DNA of 63,281 nucleotides, filler included, from Rhabdomonas costata (lineage: Eukaryota): the NCBI GenBank assembly GCA_019059605.1. It is 42 parts of 42 records of this genome, joined end to end, with 100 filler letters (N's around TTAATTAATTAA, not from the genome) between each part and the next. Parts side by side here need not be neighbours in the genome. Positions count along the whole stretch, not along the records: positions 60,353 to 61,767 come from JAHMHO010016612.1; positions 61,868 to 63,281 come from JAHMHO010016613.1; 40 more parts are not named here. One strand, written 5' to 3'. The notes under the pieces were generated by a model. That model was not told the origin of the DNA and ran no database searches. It saw nothing but the letters and a program-made list of their open reading frames with translations. Positions 61,205 to 63,281 of the stretch are shown here, piece by piece; within the stretch, counting starts at the first letter, position 1; each line of letters begins with the position of its first letter. Both the position numbers and the translations under genes were made by a program.

Positions 61205-61699
61205 ATGCAGATCCCGTACTCGCTCTCGTATCTTCTCTGGAAAACGAAGCTCTTCGACACCGGATGCCCCCCAATCACGCCAATCATTGAGGGTCAGCTC
61301 TACCTCGGCGACCGCGAGGGCGCGGCTGACCTGGACCTCCTGAGGAGCTTCGGGGTCACCCATGTGGTCAACGCCGCGCTGGAGCAGCCCAGCTTTCACT
61401 TCGATGAGCTGGTGTACTACAACTGCAACCTCCTGGACATCTCCTTTGAGAGAATCAAATTCGAGGGCCCGTTGGCGTTCATTCAGGAAGCGCTGGACCA
61501 GGGCGGGGTGGTGTTCGTGCACTGCATGCAGGGCAAGAGTCGCTCCGCCAGCCTGGTCATCGCGTACGTGATGAGAGCTTATGGGATGAGCCTGGACGAC
61601 GCCTTGGCGAAGGTGCAGGAGCTACGGTCCTGCGTGCAGCCCAACTCCGGTTTCATGAAGCAACTGCGGAAATTTGAGGCTCGTTCCAAACACGACCAG
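61205..61699 (+). CDS. Dual-specificity protein phosphatase
   Basis: LYLG...A.D...L...GVTHVVNA, catalytic VHCMQGKSRS, AYVM and R.CVQPNSGF..QL motifs; CAG|GT donor. Confidence 0.95.
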
Positions 61700-62188
61700 G
61701 TGAATCCCCTCCAGTGCGTTAAAATTTGTTGCATATCCTTTGGTATAGGTAGTTCGCCCCCACCACCNNNNNNNNNNNNNNNNNNNNNNNNNNNNNNNNN
61801 NNNNNNNNNNNTTAATTAATTAANNNNNNNNNNNNNNNNNNNNNNNNNNNNNNNNNNNNNNNNNNNNCGAGCGCGCCTGTGTGTGTGTGTGCGCGCGCGC
61901 GTGCGTGCGCTTGAGGTGGAGGTAGCCGGGAGAGGAGGGGGTGGAATTTGGTTGTGGAAGCGTCGTTTGATTCTGGTGCTCGTCCTAGAGGGTTTGCTTG
62001 AACTATAGGAAAGTCTGTTCAGTGTGCTGCACACGTCGAACCCTGTGTTTTTCTCATTCTGCGTTTAATAGCGTTCATGAGAGTCTGCCTTAAACAATGA
62101 CTTTCCTCCTATGGAATCCTGAACCGATTTTTTGTGTGTGCCAAAGTTGCCTGTGTTGCCTGTTGCTCTCAGTTTCGTGCCCTCAGAA

Positions 62189-62378
62189 ATGTCATCTGCT
62201 GGAGTCACACACCTCTGTGTGAGGGACCCTGAGGTAGTTCTTTTATGCGACCCCCGGGGGCGGCTTAGCTACCAGCGCCTTCCCGGGCTGGAGGCCCTGC
62301 CACTGCACGTCACCGGGCTGTCCGCGCTGGGCTCCTCGCCGTCCTTCTCGAGTGGCGCCTCGCCTGCAGGCGGGGACC
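62189..62378 (+). CDS. Putative exon, unknown protein
   Basis: CCCTCAG acceptor, then a GC-rich open frame MSSAGVTHLCVRDPEVVLLCDPRGRL. No family recognised. Confidence 0.35.
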
Positions 62379-63281
62379 GTGGGTTCAGCAACGTAGGGTC
62401 TTGGGTCTTTGGGTGATGGAAGTGGCAGAGCCCAAACGTTCACGCATACGTTTCGCAGGGAAAAGGCGGGAGAAAACACAAAGAGCCTGAGCAAAGAGGA
62501 AACATAGTGCCCCCGTGAATCAAACTGCAAGTAATTATGGTTCCTGTGGGAGGAGGCGCAAATTGTAACAGATTTGTAAGTCTCAGGACGCCAACACTTT
62601 GCGGTATCGCATGGTCCTGAGAATTCAATGGCGATTGTGGCTATCCTGTAAAACATAATGGGGCTGACGGCTGTAAGCAGATGGCCAGCAGGCTTAATAT
62701 TAGCAGTCTATTTAGCCAATTAATTGCTCATTCGCGACATTAATACATGCTCCCCAATCCTCGCTCGTTGAGGATTGGACTTCTCTACTTCACCGAAAAG
62801 TCCCGAGCGGGTTCTGTCTCTCCTCTGACGACCTTGGGGCAATCCCCTTCCCCGTGGAATCCCTACAGCTCTCCTCCACCGGGAGCTTGGCTCTGGTCTG
62901 GGGCCCGTCCACTGTAGCAGTTTTGCGCCTGCCTCCCATCGCCTTGGTGCAAGGGGGTCGCAACACATGCCCCGCTCGGCGGCTGCTTGCCCGGTGGCTG
63001 CCCCACGACCCCCACGGCCGGCTGGTTCAGGCGCGGTGGCACCCTCTCTCTGAGAATCACGTTGCCATGCTGGCCGCAGATGGGAGGTTTGCTGTGGTAT
63101 CACTGGGGGAGCCAGACGAGCCGGAGCAGGAGTTCGCCATGAGTGATGGTGGATTTGTCGAGGAGTCATCGGAATCCTCTGAGGTATGGAAAAAACATGC
63201 CTCCTTTGCATGTGTGGCCAAAAGGCAAAGAAGAGGTCATAAGCAGTCGAAAACCGATTCCGTGTTGCACAGCCGTTTTTT

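Noticed and set aside
1461-61822. Regularly spaced TTAATTAATTAA repeats every ~1.5 kb as a CRISPR-like or biological array
   Set aside because: Always embedded in exactly 44+44 N. It is a synthetic contig linker, and the regular spacing reflects contigs of similar length.
1-63281. Gene neighbourhood, operon or defence-island interpretation (e.g. cyclases plus effectors)
   Set aside because: Each ~1.4-kb piece is an independent contig, so adjacency carries no biological information.
1-63281. Alternative genetic code, SL RNA, rRNA or tRNA genes
   Set aside because: Conserved exons have no internal stops and TGA/TAG end genes normally. No recognisable RNA gene was seen by eye.

Overview
This is not a contiguous locus. 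It is a pseudo-molecule of 42 unrelated short contigs (nearly all ~1.41-1.42 kb; one is 1.16 kb) joined by 41 artificial 100-nt linkers (44 N + TTAATTAATTAA + 44 N). Many contig ends carry G/T-only (5') or C/A-only (3') tails resembling whole-genome-amplification primer remnants, so neighbouring genes are not biologically linked. The DNA is from an intron-rich eukaryote, most plausibly a euglenozoan/euglenid. This is inferred from GT-R-Y-type splice donors, five class III nucleotide cyclase fragments (one with a trypanosomatid-like LWNG motif) and an alpha-kinase exon. Recognisable gene fragments: CCT2, ATG3, ABCB transporter, TMEM8/PGAP6-family, class 3 lipase, dual-specificity phosphatase, RCC1, LRR, F-box-LRR, F-box-ankyrin, CUB, CBM14, EGF/expansin-like, UBR-box, two CgeB-like glycosyltransferases and a decayed Ty3/Gypsy pol. 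The most interesting signal is in splicing. Hand-splicing conserved genes requires introns starting GA (ATG3), GG (TMEM8-like) and GC, and one RCC1 junction cannot be spliced in frame with GT-AG, suggesting a spliceosome with a relaxed +2 donor position. Amplification or assembly errors remain a real alternative. All family assignments are by eye and from memory; no searches were run.
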